Below are positions 10,491-19,790 of a stretch of DNA of 64,000 nt, piece after piece. Below the pieces are notes generated by a model. The model did not search any database. It was not told the DNA's origin and saw nothing but the letters and a program-made list of their open reading frames with translations. Position numbers and translations under genes: made by a program. How positions within the stretch are numbered: position 1 is the stretch's first letter; every line of letters begins with the position of its first letter. Source of the stretch: Candidatus Methylomirabilota bacterium (lineage in GTDB: Bacteria > Methylomirabilota > Methylomirabilia > Rokubacteriales > CSP1-6); contig JBKOUQ010000132.1 of assembly GCA_046723475.1 (NCBI GenBank), forward strand, positions 3,056 to 67,055, read 5' to 3'.

Positions 10491-10531
10491 CCGCAGGACG
10501 CGACCGACAACCGCGGTGCGGATTAGACGCG

Positions 10532-11200
10532 ATGGACTTCTCGGTCATCACGAGCAACTTCAAGTTTTTGATCCTGCAGGGGCTCATCGGCCTCGGGCCG
10601 TTCATCGGCGGCACGCTGCGGCTGGCGATCCCGGCCATCTTGCTCGGCTTCGTGCTCGGCATCTTCGTCGGGCTGGCGCGGCTGTCGGTGTCGCGTTGGA
10701 TCCGCGTCCCGGCGACGCTCTACGTCGAGTTCTTCCGCGGCGTGCCGCTCGTGATGGTGATCTTCTGGATCTGGTTCATCATTCCGCAGCTGCTGCACCT
10801 GCCGATTCCGGAGTACGGCGTGGCCCTCACGGCGTTCGTGATCTTCGAGGCGGCGTATTTCGGCGAGATCGTGAGGGCCGGCGTGCAGTCGGTCGCCCGC
10901 GGCCAGGTCGAGGCGGCCACCGCGCTCGGCATGACGGGCGCGAAGACCATGCTTTACGTCGTGCTGCCGCAGGCGCTCAAGAACATGGTCCCGTCGCTGG
11001 TGACGCAGACGATCGTGCTCTTCAAGGACACGTCGCTGGCGTCGATCATCGGCTACGTCGATCTCACCAAGGCCGCGCAGATCGTCAACAACCGCGAGAT
11101 CAAGCCGTTTCAGATCTATATCTTCATCGCCGTCGTGTATTGGCTCTGCACCTATTCGATGTCACTCGCCGCGCGACGTCTCGAGCGCCGGGCAGCTTAG
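10532..11200 (+). CDS. Amino acid ABC transporter permease (second subunit)
   Basis: 222 aa with hydrophobic spans. The motif FEAAYFGEIVRAGVQSV..GQ.EAA.ALGM is typical of the family. Confidence 0.85.
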   Translation: MDFSVITSNFKFLILQGLIGLGPFIGGTLRLAIPAILLGFVLGIFVGLARLSVSRWIRVPATLYVEFFRGVPLVMVIFWIWFIIPQLLHLPIPEYGVALTAFVIFEAAYFGEIVRAGVQSVARGQVEAATALGMTGAKTMLYVVLPQALKNMVPSLVTQTIVLFKDTSLASIIGYVDLTKAAQIVNNREIKPFQIYIFIAVVYWLCTYSMSLAARRLERRAA

Positions 11201-11754
11201 GGCCAGAGCGCGTCGGGGACCAGACCGAGCCCGGTGAAGGGCGGAAGATCGACGGGCGTTGCGCCGGACACGACGCCCGCAAGAACGTAGCGGCCCGGCT
11301 CGAGCACGAACGCCTCGACGATACGCGGTTCCGGATCCACGAGCCACAGAAACGGGACGCCGTATCGCGCGTAGAGCCGCGTCTTGGTACCGCGGTCGAT
11401 CGCTCGCGTCGATGGCGAGAGGATCTCAACCGCGAGCGTCGGTCCTCCTTCCATGCCGCGTCGACTGGTCAGGGACATCCGGTCGGGCGCTATATAGAGG
11501 ATGTCCGGCTGGACGATTGTCGTCTCGTCCGGACGGTCGGCGAGGATGACGTCGAGCGGAGCGAACAAGAGGAGTCCCGGTGCGCGGCTCGGTACGTGCG
11601 CCATCAGCGCGCGGACGAGATTTGAAAGGATGATTTGGTGCTGGAGCGACGGAGCCGGCGTCACCGAGAGTTCGCCATCGTGAATTTCGTAGCGCCGCCG
11701 ATCGTTCGGCAACGCCGCGTAATCCCGATAGGTGAATGCGCTCCTCGGAGCCAT
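11197..11754 (-). CDS. Uma2 family endonuclease (DUF820)
   Basis: 185 aa. RYEIHDGEL..PAPS..HQ, ..PDI.Y, VEILSPST...D...K...Y...GV..WLVDP fit the Uma2/PD-(D/E)xK pattern. Confidence 0.85.
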   Translation of the reverse strand: MAPRSAFTYRDYAALPNDRRRYEIHDGELSVTPAPSLQHQIILSNLVRALMAHVPSRAPGLLLFAPLDVILADRPDETTIVQPDILYIAPDRMSLTSRRGMEGGPTLAVEILSPSTRAIDRGTKTRLYARYGVPFLWLVDPEPRIVEAFVLEPGRYVLAGVVSGATPVDLPPFTGLGLVPDALWP

Positions 11755-12643
11755 GCGCCTCTACTATTTGACCGCGCCAGCAGCGTGTCAATGCCGCGAG
11801 TTCGATACGCTGACCTTCGTGCCTGAGATCGAGCTCTCCAACGGCGTGCGGCTCCACTGGCGCGAAGCCGGCGACCCCGCCAAGCCGCCCGTCGTGTGGA
11901 TTCACGGCGGGTCGATCGAGGACTCGTCGTCGATGGTCGCGGACTTGGAACCGTTCGCCGCGCGCATCCGCGCGCTGTTCCCCGACACGCGCGGTCACGG
12001 ACTGTCCGCGCGGTTCGAGCGCGTCGAGGACTACACATATGCGAAGAAGGCCGACGACGTGCTGCTCTGGCTGGACGCGCTTGGCATCACACGCGCGGTG
12101 TTCGGCGGCGCCTCCATGGGGGCGGCCCTGTCGCTGTGGCTCGCGATTCACGCGCCGGAGCGCGTGCGCGCGGTGGTGTCGATCAGTGGGCCGCCCTATG
12201 CGCCGTTGCCCGAGGACATCGCGTGGTGGAAGCGTCACCGGCCACTGGTCGAGGCCGGCCGCTTCGAGGAGTACTACGACGCGAACGTGCGGCTGCGCGT
12301 CGGCGACGAGGCGCTCGCGCGCCTGAAGGCGCGCCCCGATCGCTACGTGGAGGTGCTCGGCACGCTGCGACGGCACTCGGTGGCCTCGCTCCTCGCCTTG
12401 CTCGACGAGACGTATTCGCGCACCGAATGGCTTGCCGACTGTGCGCACATCCGCCGACCGGTCCTCGTCATCGCCGGGGAGCGCGACCACTTTCCGACCG
12501 TCGCGATGTCAGCGCGGGTGACCGAAACGATCCCCGGCGCGCGTCTGCATGTGGTGGCGGGCGGCGGCCACTTTCCCAACCGTTCGCACCGCGGCGAGGT
12601 GCAGGCTGTCGTCGGCGCCTTTCTCACCGAGCTCGGTGTATAA
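11753..12643 (+). CDS. Alpha/beta fold hydrolase
   Basis: ..NGVRLHWREAG...PVVWIHGG.., nucleophile elbow GASMGA, C-terminal GGGHFPN. The start is uncertain (ATG 11753 or GTG 11819). Confidence 0.8.
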   Translation: MRLYYLTAPAACQCREFDTLTFVPEIELSNGVRLHWREAGDPAKPPVVWIHGGSIEDSSSMVADLEPFAARIRALFPDTRGHGLSARFERVEDYTYAKKADDVLLWLDALGITRAVFGGASMGAALSLWLAIHAPERVRAVVSISGPPYAPLPEDIAWWKRHRPLVEAGRFEEYYDANVRLRVGDEALARLKARPDRYVEVLGTLRRHSVASLLALLDETYSRTEWLADCAHIRRPVLVIAGERDHFPTVAMSARVTETIPGARLHVVAGGGHFPNRSHRGEVQAVVGAFLTELGV

Positions 12644-12649
12644 CGGGCC

Positions 12650-13321
12650 ATGCGAATCGTCGATCTGTCGTTTCCGATCCGTCCGCACTTTCGCTGGAAG
12701 GTCGAGCCGAGGCTGACCAAATCACACGCTGCCGGCGACGTGTTCCAGTCGACCGTCATCACGATTTCGTGTCATGCCTATACGCACGTCGACGCGCCCG
12801 TCCACTTCTTGCGGGGCGACCGTGACATCGCCGCGATGCCGGTGGAGCAGTGGATGGGCGATGCCGCCGTCGTGGATCTCAGCCATCTCGGCGACAACGG
12901 TGAGGTGACCGCCGCCGAGCTCGAGCAGCATGCCGGCCACGTGCGGCGCGGCGACATCGCGCTGCTGCGGACGGACTGGCCGAAGAAGGTCAGCGTCGCG
13001 ACCGAGAAATTCTGGCGCGATGCGCCCTACACGGGGCGCTCCGCGTGCGAGTGGCTGGTGCGCCGCGGGGTCAAAGCGGTCGGCTACGACTACCCGCCGG
13101 ACTACACCGTCCGCACGTCGATCTTCGAGCCCGCGGTGAAGCTGACGCCCGAGCAGTGCACGACGCACCACGTTTTCTTTCCGGCGGGAATCGTCGTCGT
13201 CGAGTATCTGACCAATCTCGACCGGATCGGCGTCCCGCGCTGTCGGTTCGTCGCGCTGCCGCTGCGCATCGAGGGGGCGGACGGTTCTCCGGTCCGCGCG
13301 ATTGCGCTCCTGGACGATTGA
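12650..13321 (+). CDS. Cyclase family protein (arylformamidase/kynurenine formamidase-like)
   Basis: 223 aa. The motif SCHAYTHVDAPVHF resembles the HxGTHxDxPxH signature. The layout is typical of putative cyclases. Confidence 0.85.
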   Translation: MRIVDLSFPIRPHFRWKVEPRLTKSHAAGDVFQSTVITISCHAYTHVDAPVHFLRGDRDIAAMPVEQWMGDAAVVDLSHLGDNGEVTAAELEQHAGHVRRGDIALLRTDWPKKVSVATEKFWRDAPYTGRSACEWLVRRGVKAVGYDYPPDYTVRTSIFEPAVKLTPEQCTTHHVFFPAGIVVVEYLTNLDRIGVPRCRFVALPLRIEGADGSPVRAIALLDD

Positions 13322-13368
13322 CCGGCGTCTTCGATAGCCCGACCCGCGGCTGAGGTATCATCTCCCGG

Positions 13369-14577
13369 ATGCCCCGACCCTGGTTGGCGCTGCTTGCCGT
13401 CGTGGTGGCCGCGGCTGGCTGCAGCGGCCAGCCGAGCGCGTCGGCTTCCGCCGCTGCCTCCACCGAGCAGCCCGCTGCGCCGGCGTCGCGGCCGGTGAAG
13501 GTCTTCCAGGCCGTGGAGGAGCGCGTCCCACGCACCATTGCCTCGACGGGCGCGCTCGCCGCGGACGACACGGTCGTGCTCGGCGTGAAGGTGCCCGGCC
13601 GACTCGTCGAGCAGGCGGTCGACCTCGGCACGCGCGTGCGGCGCGGACAGGTGATCGCGCGCATCGATGCGACCGACTACAAGCTGCGTGTGGAGCAGGC
13701 GGAGGCGGCGCTGCAGCAGGCGCGCGCGAGACTGGGGCTGTCTCTCACCGGCACCGACGAGCAGGTCGATCCGGAAAAGACCTCGATCGTGCGCCAGGCG
13801 CGCGCGGTGCTCGACGAAGCGCGGCTCGCGCGAGAGCGCTCAACGAAGCTGCTCGAGCAGAACCTCATCGCGCGGGCGCAGGACGACACCGCGCAGGCCA
13901 ATCTGGGGGTCGCCGAGGGGCGCTATCACGACGCCCTCGAGGAGGTTCGCAACCGCCAGGCGACGCTGACGCAGCGGCGCTCGGAGCTCGAGCTGGCGCG
14001 CCAGCAGCTCGCCGACACCGTGCTCGTCTCGCCGTTCGACGGTGCGGTCAGCGCCCGCCAGGCCGCCGTCGGCGAGTATCTCGCGGCGGGCGCACCGGTC
14101 GCCACGCTGGTCCGCACGCATCCGCTCCGATTGCGGCTGCCCGTGCCGGAGCGCGAAGCGGTCGGCGTGCGCGCGGGGCAGGCGGTGCGGCTGACCGTCG
14201 AAGGCGACAGCGCCGTGCATCAGGGCCGCGTCGTGCGGCTCAGCCCGATCGTGCAGGAGCAGAACCGCACGCTGCTCGTCGAGGCGGAGGTGCCGAATGC
14301 CGCCGCGGTGCTCAAGCCTGGCGCCTTCGCACGCGCCGAGATCGTGACCGAGGGCTTGCAGCCGGTGATCCGCGTGCCCGCCGCCTCGCTCGTGACGTTC
14401 GCAGGGGTGGAGAAGCTGCTCGTCGTGCGCGGCGGCAAGATCGCCGAGGTGCGCGTGCAGACGGGGCGCCGCGTCAAGGACAGCATCGAGATCGTGGCCG
14501 GGCTCAAGCCTGGCGAGAGCGTCGTGCTGCAGCCGGGCAATCTCGCGCCCGGTCAGGCCGTGACCGCCGAGCGGTAG
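13369..14577 (+). CDS. Efflux RND transporter periplasmic adaptor subunit
   Basis: Lipobox-like N-terminus (AAAGCSG), followed by lipoyl, coiled-coil hairpin and beta-barrel segments typical of MFPs. Confidence 0.9.
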   Translation: MPRPWLALLAVVVAAAGCSGQPSASASAAASTEQPAAPASRPVKVFQAVEERVPRTIASTGALAADDTVVLGVKVPGRLVEQAVDLGTRVRRGQVIARIDATDYKLRVEQAEAALQQARARLGLSLTGTDEQVDPEKTSIVRQARAVLDEARLARERSTKLLEQNLIARAQDDTAQANLGVAEGRYHDALEEVRNRQATLTQRRSELELARQQLADTVLVSPFDGAVSARQAAVGEYLAAGAPVATLVRTHPLRLRLPVPEREAVGVRAGQAVRLTVEGDSAVHQGRVVRLSPIVQEQNRTLLVEAEVPNAAAVLKPGAFARAEIVTEGLQPVIRVPAASLVTFAGVEKLLVVRGGKIAEVRVQTGRRVKDSIEIVAGLKPGESVVLQPGNLAPGQAVTAER

Positions 14578-14583
14578 CGACCC

Positions 14584-17500
14584 GTGCAAAAGCTCGCCGA
14601 GATCTGCATCAAGCGCCCGGTCTTTGCCACGATGATCGTGATGGCGCTCGTCGTGGTGGGCGCCGCCTCGTACTTCCGGCTCGGCGTCGACCGCTTCCCG
14701 GCCGTCGACTTGCCGACCGTCACCGTGCGCGTGGAGCTGCCCGGCGCGTCGACCGAGGAGATCGAGACCCAGGTCACGCAGAAGCTCGAAGAGCAGATCA
14801 ACACGATCCAGGGCATCCAGGAGCTGCGCTCGATCTCAACGCCCGGCAACTCACTCGTCATCACGACGTTCGTGCTGAGCCGGAACATCGACGTCGCGGC
14901 CCAGGACATCCGCGACAAGGTCTCGATCGCCCAGCGCAACCTGCCGCGCGACGTCAAGCCGCCGATCATCGCCAAGTTCGACAACGACCAGGCGCCGGTG
15001 CTGACCATCGCGCTTGCCAGCGAGCGATCGCTGCGCGAGCTGACGGAGATCGCCGACAAGATCGCCCGCCCGCCGCTGGAGCGCTCGCCCGGCGTGGGCG
15101 AGGTGCGGATCGTCGGCGGGCTGCCGCGCTCGATCAACGTGTGGGTCGACGCCGACCGGCTCGCCGCCTATCAGCTGCCGATCACGAGCGTACGCGACGC
15201 GCTCATTCGGCAGAACGCCGATCTCCCCGGCGGCAACGTGACGTCGGGACTCAACGAAGCGTCGCTGCGTACGATGGGCCGGATCGCCGATCCGCGGGAC
15301 TTCAACGACCTCGTGGTGGCCACGCTCGGCGGCTCGCCCGTCCGGGTTCGCGACGTCGGCTACGCCGAAGACGGCACCAAGGAGCAGCGCTCGGCGGCGC
15401 GACTGAATGGCGTGCCCACGGTCATCCTCGAGATCCGGCGGCAGTCGGGCGAGAACACCGTGGCCGTCATCGAGGGCATCAAGAAGACGCTGGCCCGCCT
15501 CGCCGAGCAGGTGCCGTCCGACGTCAAGCTCGAGATCATCCGCGACCAGTCGAAGTACATCTACGCCGCGCTGCACGAGATCAACCTGCACCTGGTGCTT
15601 GGCTCGATCCTGGCCTCGCTCGTCGTGCTGGCCTTCATGCGCTCGTGGCGTTCGACGTTCATCGCCGCCGTCGCCATCCCGACATCCGTCATCTCCGCGT
15701 TCGGGATGATGTGGATGCTGAACTTCACGCTGAACAGCGTGACCATGCTCGCGCTGGTGCTGATGGTCGGCATCGTGATTGACGACGCGATCGTCGTGCT
15801 GGAGAACGTCTTCCGCTTCGTGGAAGAAAAGAAGATGCGGCCCTTCGAGGCCGCGCGCGAGGCGACCGCCGACATCGGCCTCGCGGTCATGGCCACCACG
15901 CTCTCGCTCGTCGTGATCTTCGTGCCCGTGTCGTTCATGTCGTCGATCTCGGGACGGTTCCTCTACCAGTTCGGCCTCACCGCCGCCGTGTCGGTGATGG
16001 TCAGCCTGCTCGTGTCGTTCACGCTCACGCCGATGATGTGCGCCCGGATGCTTCGGGCGGAGGACGCTGCGGGCGGCGGCGAAGGCCATCACGCCGCCCG
16101 ATCACGGCGCGGCTTCTATGCCTACATCGATGGGGCGTACGCATGGTGCCTGGCGCTCGCCATGCGTCATCGCTGGGTCGTCATCGCGGTGAGCGTCGTC
16201 GTGCTCGCGTCCACGGTGCCGTTCTACCGCGCCGTCAAGCAGGAATACATCCCGAGTGACGTGGACGAATCCGAGTTCGAGATGCTCGTCTTCGCACCGG
16301 AAGGCATGAGCCTCGCCGCCATGGACGAGGCGATGCAAGCGCTGGCCGACGAGGCGCGGCGCACGCGGGGCGTCGCGCTCACGCTGGCCTCGGCCGGCGG
16401 CGGCTTCCTGAACCGCGTGAACCAGGGCTACATGTACGTGCGCACCGTCCCCCACACCGAGCGCACGGTCAGCTTGCACCGGATCTGGGAGGGGCTCACG
16501 CACGGGGATCCGGCGGCCGCGTTTCGCGGCAACTATTCGCAGCGCGACATCATCCAGGAGCTGCGCCGCCGCTATCGGCGGTTTTTCGCGGCCGGCTTCC
16601 GGCCCCAGATACGCAACATCGCCGGCTTCAACATCGGCGGCGGTACGTTCGACATCGACCTCGCGCTGCGTGGGCCGGATCTGGAAAAGCTCGCCGAGTA
16701 TGGCGAGCGGCTCAAGGTGAAGGCGCGCGAGCTGGGCGGCATCGTCGACGTCGACACCACGCTGCAGCTCGACAAGCCGGAGCTGCGCGTGGTCATCGAC
16801 CGCGCGCGGGCGGCCGACCTGCGCGTCGACACCGAGCAGATCGCGACCGCGCTGCGACTGATGGTGGGGGGCGACGACCAGGTCTCGCGCTTCCACGACA
16901 ACGACGTCAACGACGACTACGACGTGTCCATTCGTCTCATCGACGCGAACCGCAGCGATCTGGGCGCGATCTCGCGTCTCTACGTCTCGCGCGACTCGGC
17001 CAGCAACAACACCGCGACCGGTGCCCCCGCCCAGGTCGGTCTCGCCCCGGGCGGTGGCCTCGTGCGTCTGGACAATCTCGTGCAGATCGTCCGCGCTCCG
17101 ACGGTGTCCCGCGTCGACCGTACCGATCGTCAGCGCGAGGTACGCCTGCGCGCGGGCGTGGCGCCGGGCTACGGCCAGGCGGACCGCATCGACGCGCTCA
17201 AGCGCGCGGTGAGCGAGCTGAACCTGCCGCGCGCCTACACGAGCTTCGCCACCGGCAAGGCGAAGGAGATGGAGAAGACGTTCACCGAGTTCCTGTGGGT
17301 GTTCGTGCTGTCGTTCGCCTTCATGTACATGATTCTGGCCTCGCAGTTCGAGAGCCTCGTCCACCCGCTGACGATCTTGCTGTCGCTGCCGCTGTCCGTG
17401 CCGTTCGCGATGCTCTCGCTCTGGTACACGGGCAACACGCTGAACCTCTACTCCGCGCTCGGCATTCTCGTGCTCTTCGGGGTGGTGAAGAAGAACGCGA

Positions 17501-17892
17501 TCTTGCAGATCGACCACATGAACAGCCTGCGGGCGCGAGGCATGGACCGCGCCGCTGCGATCATGCAGGGCAATCGCGATCGGCTGCGGCCGATCCTCAT
17601 GACGACGCTCGCCCTCGTCGCCGGCATGCTGCCGCTGTGGGTCGGAACCGGCCCCGGCGCGGAGGAGCGGCGGGCCATCGCCGTCGTCGTCATCGGCGGG
17701 CAGACGCTGTCGCTGCTGCTCACGCTGCTCCTGACCCCGGTCGCGTACTCGCTGTTCGAGGACGCCGCGGCCGCGCTGAAGCTCGCGCGGCCGTCGATTG
17801 CGCCGTGGCGACGGCTGCAGCGGCAGCGCGAGCGCCGCGCGTGGCGCGTGCGGCTGCGCCGCCGCGCCCGGACCACGGCCCCGCCCTTCTAG
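14584..17892 (+). CDS. Efflux RND transporter permease (AcrB/AcrD/AcrF family)
   Basis: 1102 aa. Starts MQKLAEICIKRPVFATMIVMALVV. Has conserved TM4-region residues (VLMVGIVIDDAIVVLENV) and the duplicated 12-TM architecture. Confidence 0.95.
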   Translation: MQKLAEICIKRPVFATMIVMALVVVGAASYFRLGVDRFPAVDLPTVTVRVELPGASTEEIETQVTQKLEEQINTIQGIQELRSISTPGNSLVITTFVLSRNIDVAAQDIRDKVSIAQRNLPRDVKPPIIAKFDNDQAPVLTIALASERSLRELTEIADKIARPPLERSPGVGEVRIVGGLPRSINVWVDADRLAAYQLPITSVRDALIRQNADLPGGNVTSGLNEASLRTMGRIADPRDFNDLVVATLGGSPVRVRDVGYAEDGTKEQRSAARLNGVPTVILEIRRQSGENTVAVIEGIKKTLARLAEQVPSDVKLEIIRDQSKYIYAALHEINLHLVLGSILASLVVLAFMRSWRSTFIAAVAIPTSVISAFGMMWMLNFTLNSVTMLALVLMVGIVIDDAIVVLENVFRFVEEKKMRPFEAAREATADIGLAVMATTLSLVVIFVPVSFMSSISGRFLYQFGLTAAVSVMVSLLVSFTLTPMMCARMLRAEDAAGGGEGHHAARSRRGFYAYIDGAYAWCLALAMRHRWVVIAVSVVVLASTVPFYRAVKQEYIPSDVDESEFEMLVFAPEGMSLAAMDEAMQALADEARRTRGVALTLASAGGGFLNRVNQGYMYVRTVPHTERTVSLHRIWEGLTHGDPAAAFRGNYSQRDIIQELRRRYRRFFAAGFRPQIRNIAGFNIGGGTFDIDLALRGPDLEKLAEYGERLKVKARELGGIVDVDTTLQLDKPELRVVIDRARAADLRVDTEQIATALRLMVGGDDQVSRFHDNDVNDDYDVSIRLIDANRSDLGAISRLYVSRDSASNNTATGAPAQVGLAPGGGLVRLDNLVQIVRAPTVSRVDRTDRQREVRLRAGVAPGYGQADRIDALKRAVSELNLPRAYTSFATGKAKEMEKTFTEFLWVFVLSFAFMYMILASQFESLVHPLTILLSLPLSVPFAMLSLWYTGNTLNLYSALGILVLFGVVKKNAILQIDHMNSLRARGMDRAAAIMQGNRDRLRPILMTTLALVAGMLPLWVGTGPGAEERRAIAVVVIGGQTLSLLLTLLLTPVAYSLFEDAAAALKLARPSIAPWRRLQRQRERRAWRVRLRRRARTTAPPF

Positions 17893-18001
17893 CTTCTGCA
17901 GCCGTCGCGCATTGGGCGAGTGCCTTAGCGTCGGCTGCTGCTGTCTTGCGCGCAGCCGGGTCGTGCCGGCGGTCCGCCGGCTCGCCCATCCGGACCGGCG
18001 A

Positions 18002-18841
18002 TTACTTGACCGCGCCCGCCGTCAGTCCAGAGACGTAGTAGTCGAGGAAGAAGACGTAGAGGATGACGATCGGTACGGAGCCGAGGATGGCGCCCGCCAT
18101 CAGCTCGCCCCAGAAGTAGATGTCGCCCCGAATGAGCTCGCTCGTCACCCCAACGCTGGCGGTGATCTGCTCCGACGACGAGGTGAACGTGAGCGCATAA
18201 ATGAACTCGTTCCAGGACAGCGTGAATGCGAACAGCACCGCGCAGACCAGGCCCGGGATCGCGATCGGCAGCACGATCCGCCACAACGCCTGCACGCGCG
18301 TGGCGCCGTCCACCATCGCGCACTCCTCGACCTCCTTCGGCACCGTGCGGAAGTAGCCCATCAGCAGCCAGGTGCAGAACGGGACGAGAAAGGTCGGGTA
18401 GGTGACCACGAGCGCCCACTTCGAATCGGCAAGCCCGATCCAGTTGATCACCTGCGCGAGCGGCAAGAACAGCAGAGACGTCGGCACCAGATACGTCACG
18501 AAGATTCCCGTCCCGAAGCTGTTCACGCCCCGGAACTTCAGCCGCGACAGCGCGTAGGCGGCGACGGTGCCGATGATCACCGACGCCGTGGTGGCGAGCA
18601 CCGTCACCAGCAGACTGTTCTTGGTCCACGTGAGAAATTCGGTCTCCCAGAGCAGCTTCATGTAGTGCTCGAGCGTCGGCCCCTGCTTGATGACGAGCGG
18701 CACCGCGTAGCGGTCGTACAGCTCGCGGTCCTGTTTCAGCGACGTCAGCGCCATGTGAGAGAAGGGAAACAGCGCGAAGACGAGGAACGGGACGAGCAGC
18801 ACGTGCATCAGGATCTTCGTCCCGAGGCGACGCCGCGACAT
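18002..18841 (-). CDS. Carbohydrate ABC transporter permease
   Basis: The internal start MSRRRLGTKILMHVLL.. (CAT at 18839-18841) overlaps the upstream stop. EAA loop ..ECAMVDGATRVQALWRIVLPIAIPG. The rest of the 462 aa track ORF is a shadow. Confidence 0.9.
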   Translation of the reverse strand: MSRRRLGTKILMHVLLVPFLVFALFPFSHMALTSLKQDRELYDRYAVPLVIKQGPTLEHYMKLLWETEFLTWTKNSLLVTVLATTASVIIGTVAAYALSRLKFRGVNSFGTGIFVTYLVPTSLLFLPLAQVINWIGLADSKWALVVTYPTFLVPFCTWLLMGYFRTVPKEVEECAMVDGATRVQALWRIVLPIAIPGLVCAVLFAFTLSWNEFIYALTFTSSSEQITASVGVTSELIRGDIYFWGELMAGAILGSVPIVILYVFFLDYYVSGLTAGAVK

Positions 18842-19782
18842 CAGTAGGCCTGCTTTCGCACGAAGCGCAGCTGGGCCCACACGACGAACATCAGCAGCGG
18901 GAAGAGATAGAGCGATACGGCCGCACCCTCGCCGATGCGCCCGCTCTCCAGGCCGATCATGCGCGAGTACGTCGCGAACAGATGCGTGGAGTTGATCGGG
19001 CCGCCCTTCGTGAGCACGTACACGATGTTGAAGTCGCTGAAGGTGAAGATGGTCGAGAACAGCACCACGACCGCCAGCACCGGCCTGAGCATCGGCAGCG
19101 TCACGTACCAGAACCGTGCCCATGGACCGGCGCCGTCGGATTCCGCGGCCTCGTACAGATCCTTGGGGATGGCGACCAGGCCGGCCAGGATGGTGATGGC
19201 GAAGAACGGCAGCCCACGCCAGATGTTGACGACGATGACGGCGGCCATGGCGTAGTAGCTCTGGCCGAGCCAGTTCGGGCCCGGCGGGGTCAGGATCCCG
19301 AGCGCGATGCCGGTCCAGTTCACCACGCTGTAGAGCGAATTGAACATCCACCACCAGCCGAGGGTCGACAGCGCGGTGGGAATCACCCACGGCAGGAGCA
19401 CGGCGCCCCGGATCAGCCGCTTGAACCAGAGCTGCTGGTTGAGGAGCAGCGCGAGCGAGATTCCGAGCACGAGCTTGATCGCCACCGAGACACCGGTGAA
19501 GACGAACGCGTTCTGGAACGTGTGGCGGAAGGCGTCGCTGTCCCAGAGGCGGATGAAGTTCGTGAGTCCGATGAAGTGGCTCGGGCGACCGATGAACGCG
19601 TTGGACAGCGAGAAGTACAACGCCATGGCGAACGGGTAGGCGACGAGCAGCATGATCAGGATCATGGCGGGCGCGATGAACAGCGGTCCGAGCACGCGCT
19701 CGCGATCGAGCAGCTCGCTCACGCGCGCGCGCAGCGACGGACGCGCGCGCGCGCCCGTGACGGGCAGAGTTCCGATGGCCAC
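18841..19782 (-). CDS. Carbohydrate ABC transporter permease
   Basis: EAA loop YEAAESDGAGPWARFWYVTLPMLRP. I prefer the GTG at 19782 because the ATG at 19830 would overlap the upstream SBP gene. Confidence 0.85.
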   Translation of the reverse strand: MAIGTLPVTGARARPSLRARVSELLDRERVLGPLFIAPAMILIMLLVAYPFAMALYFSLSNAFIGRPSHFIGLTNFIRLWDSDAFRHTFQNAFVFTGVSVAIKLVLGISLALLLNQQLWFKRLIRGAVLLPWVIPTALSTLGWWWMFNSLYSVVNWTGIALGILTPPGPNWLGQSYYAMAAVIVVNIWRGLPFFAITILAGLVAIPKDLYEAAESDGAGPWARFWYVTLPMLRPVLAVVVLFSTIFTFSDFNIVYVLTKGGPINSTHLFATYSRMIGLESGRIGEGAAVSLYLFPLLMFVVWAQLRFVRKQAY

Positions 19783-19790
19783 GGGGTGGC

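Noticed and set aside
11197-11754. Uma2 endonuclease as part of a defence system
   Set aside because: Uma2/DUF820 genes are abundant stand-alone genes in many soil and cyanobacterial genomes. No partner genes (methylase, ATPase, toxin) are adjacent.
11752-11754. Divergent start codons sharing nucleotides (CAT of Uma2 / ATG of the hydrolase at 11752-11755)
   Set aside because: This is probably an annotation artefact. The hydrolase more likely starts downstream (e.g. GTG 11819), which leaves a normal divergent promoter region.
13369-17892. RND efflux pair lacking an outer-membrane factor gene as something unusual
   Set aside because: Two-gene MFP+RND operons that use an unlinked TolC-like channel are common, so this is ordinary.
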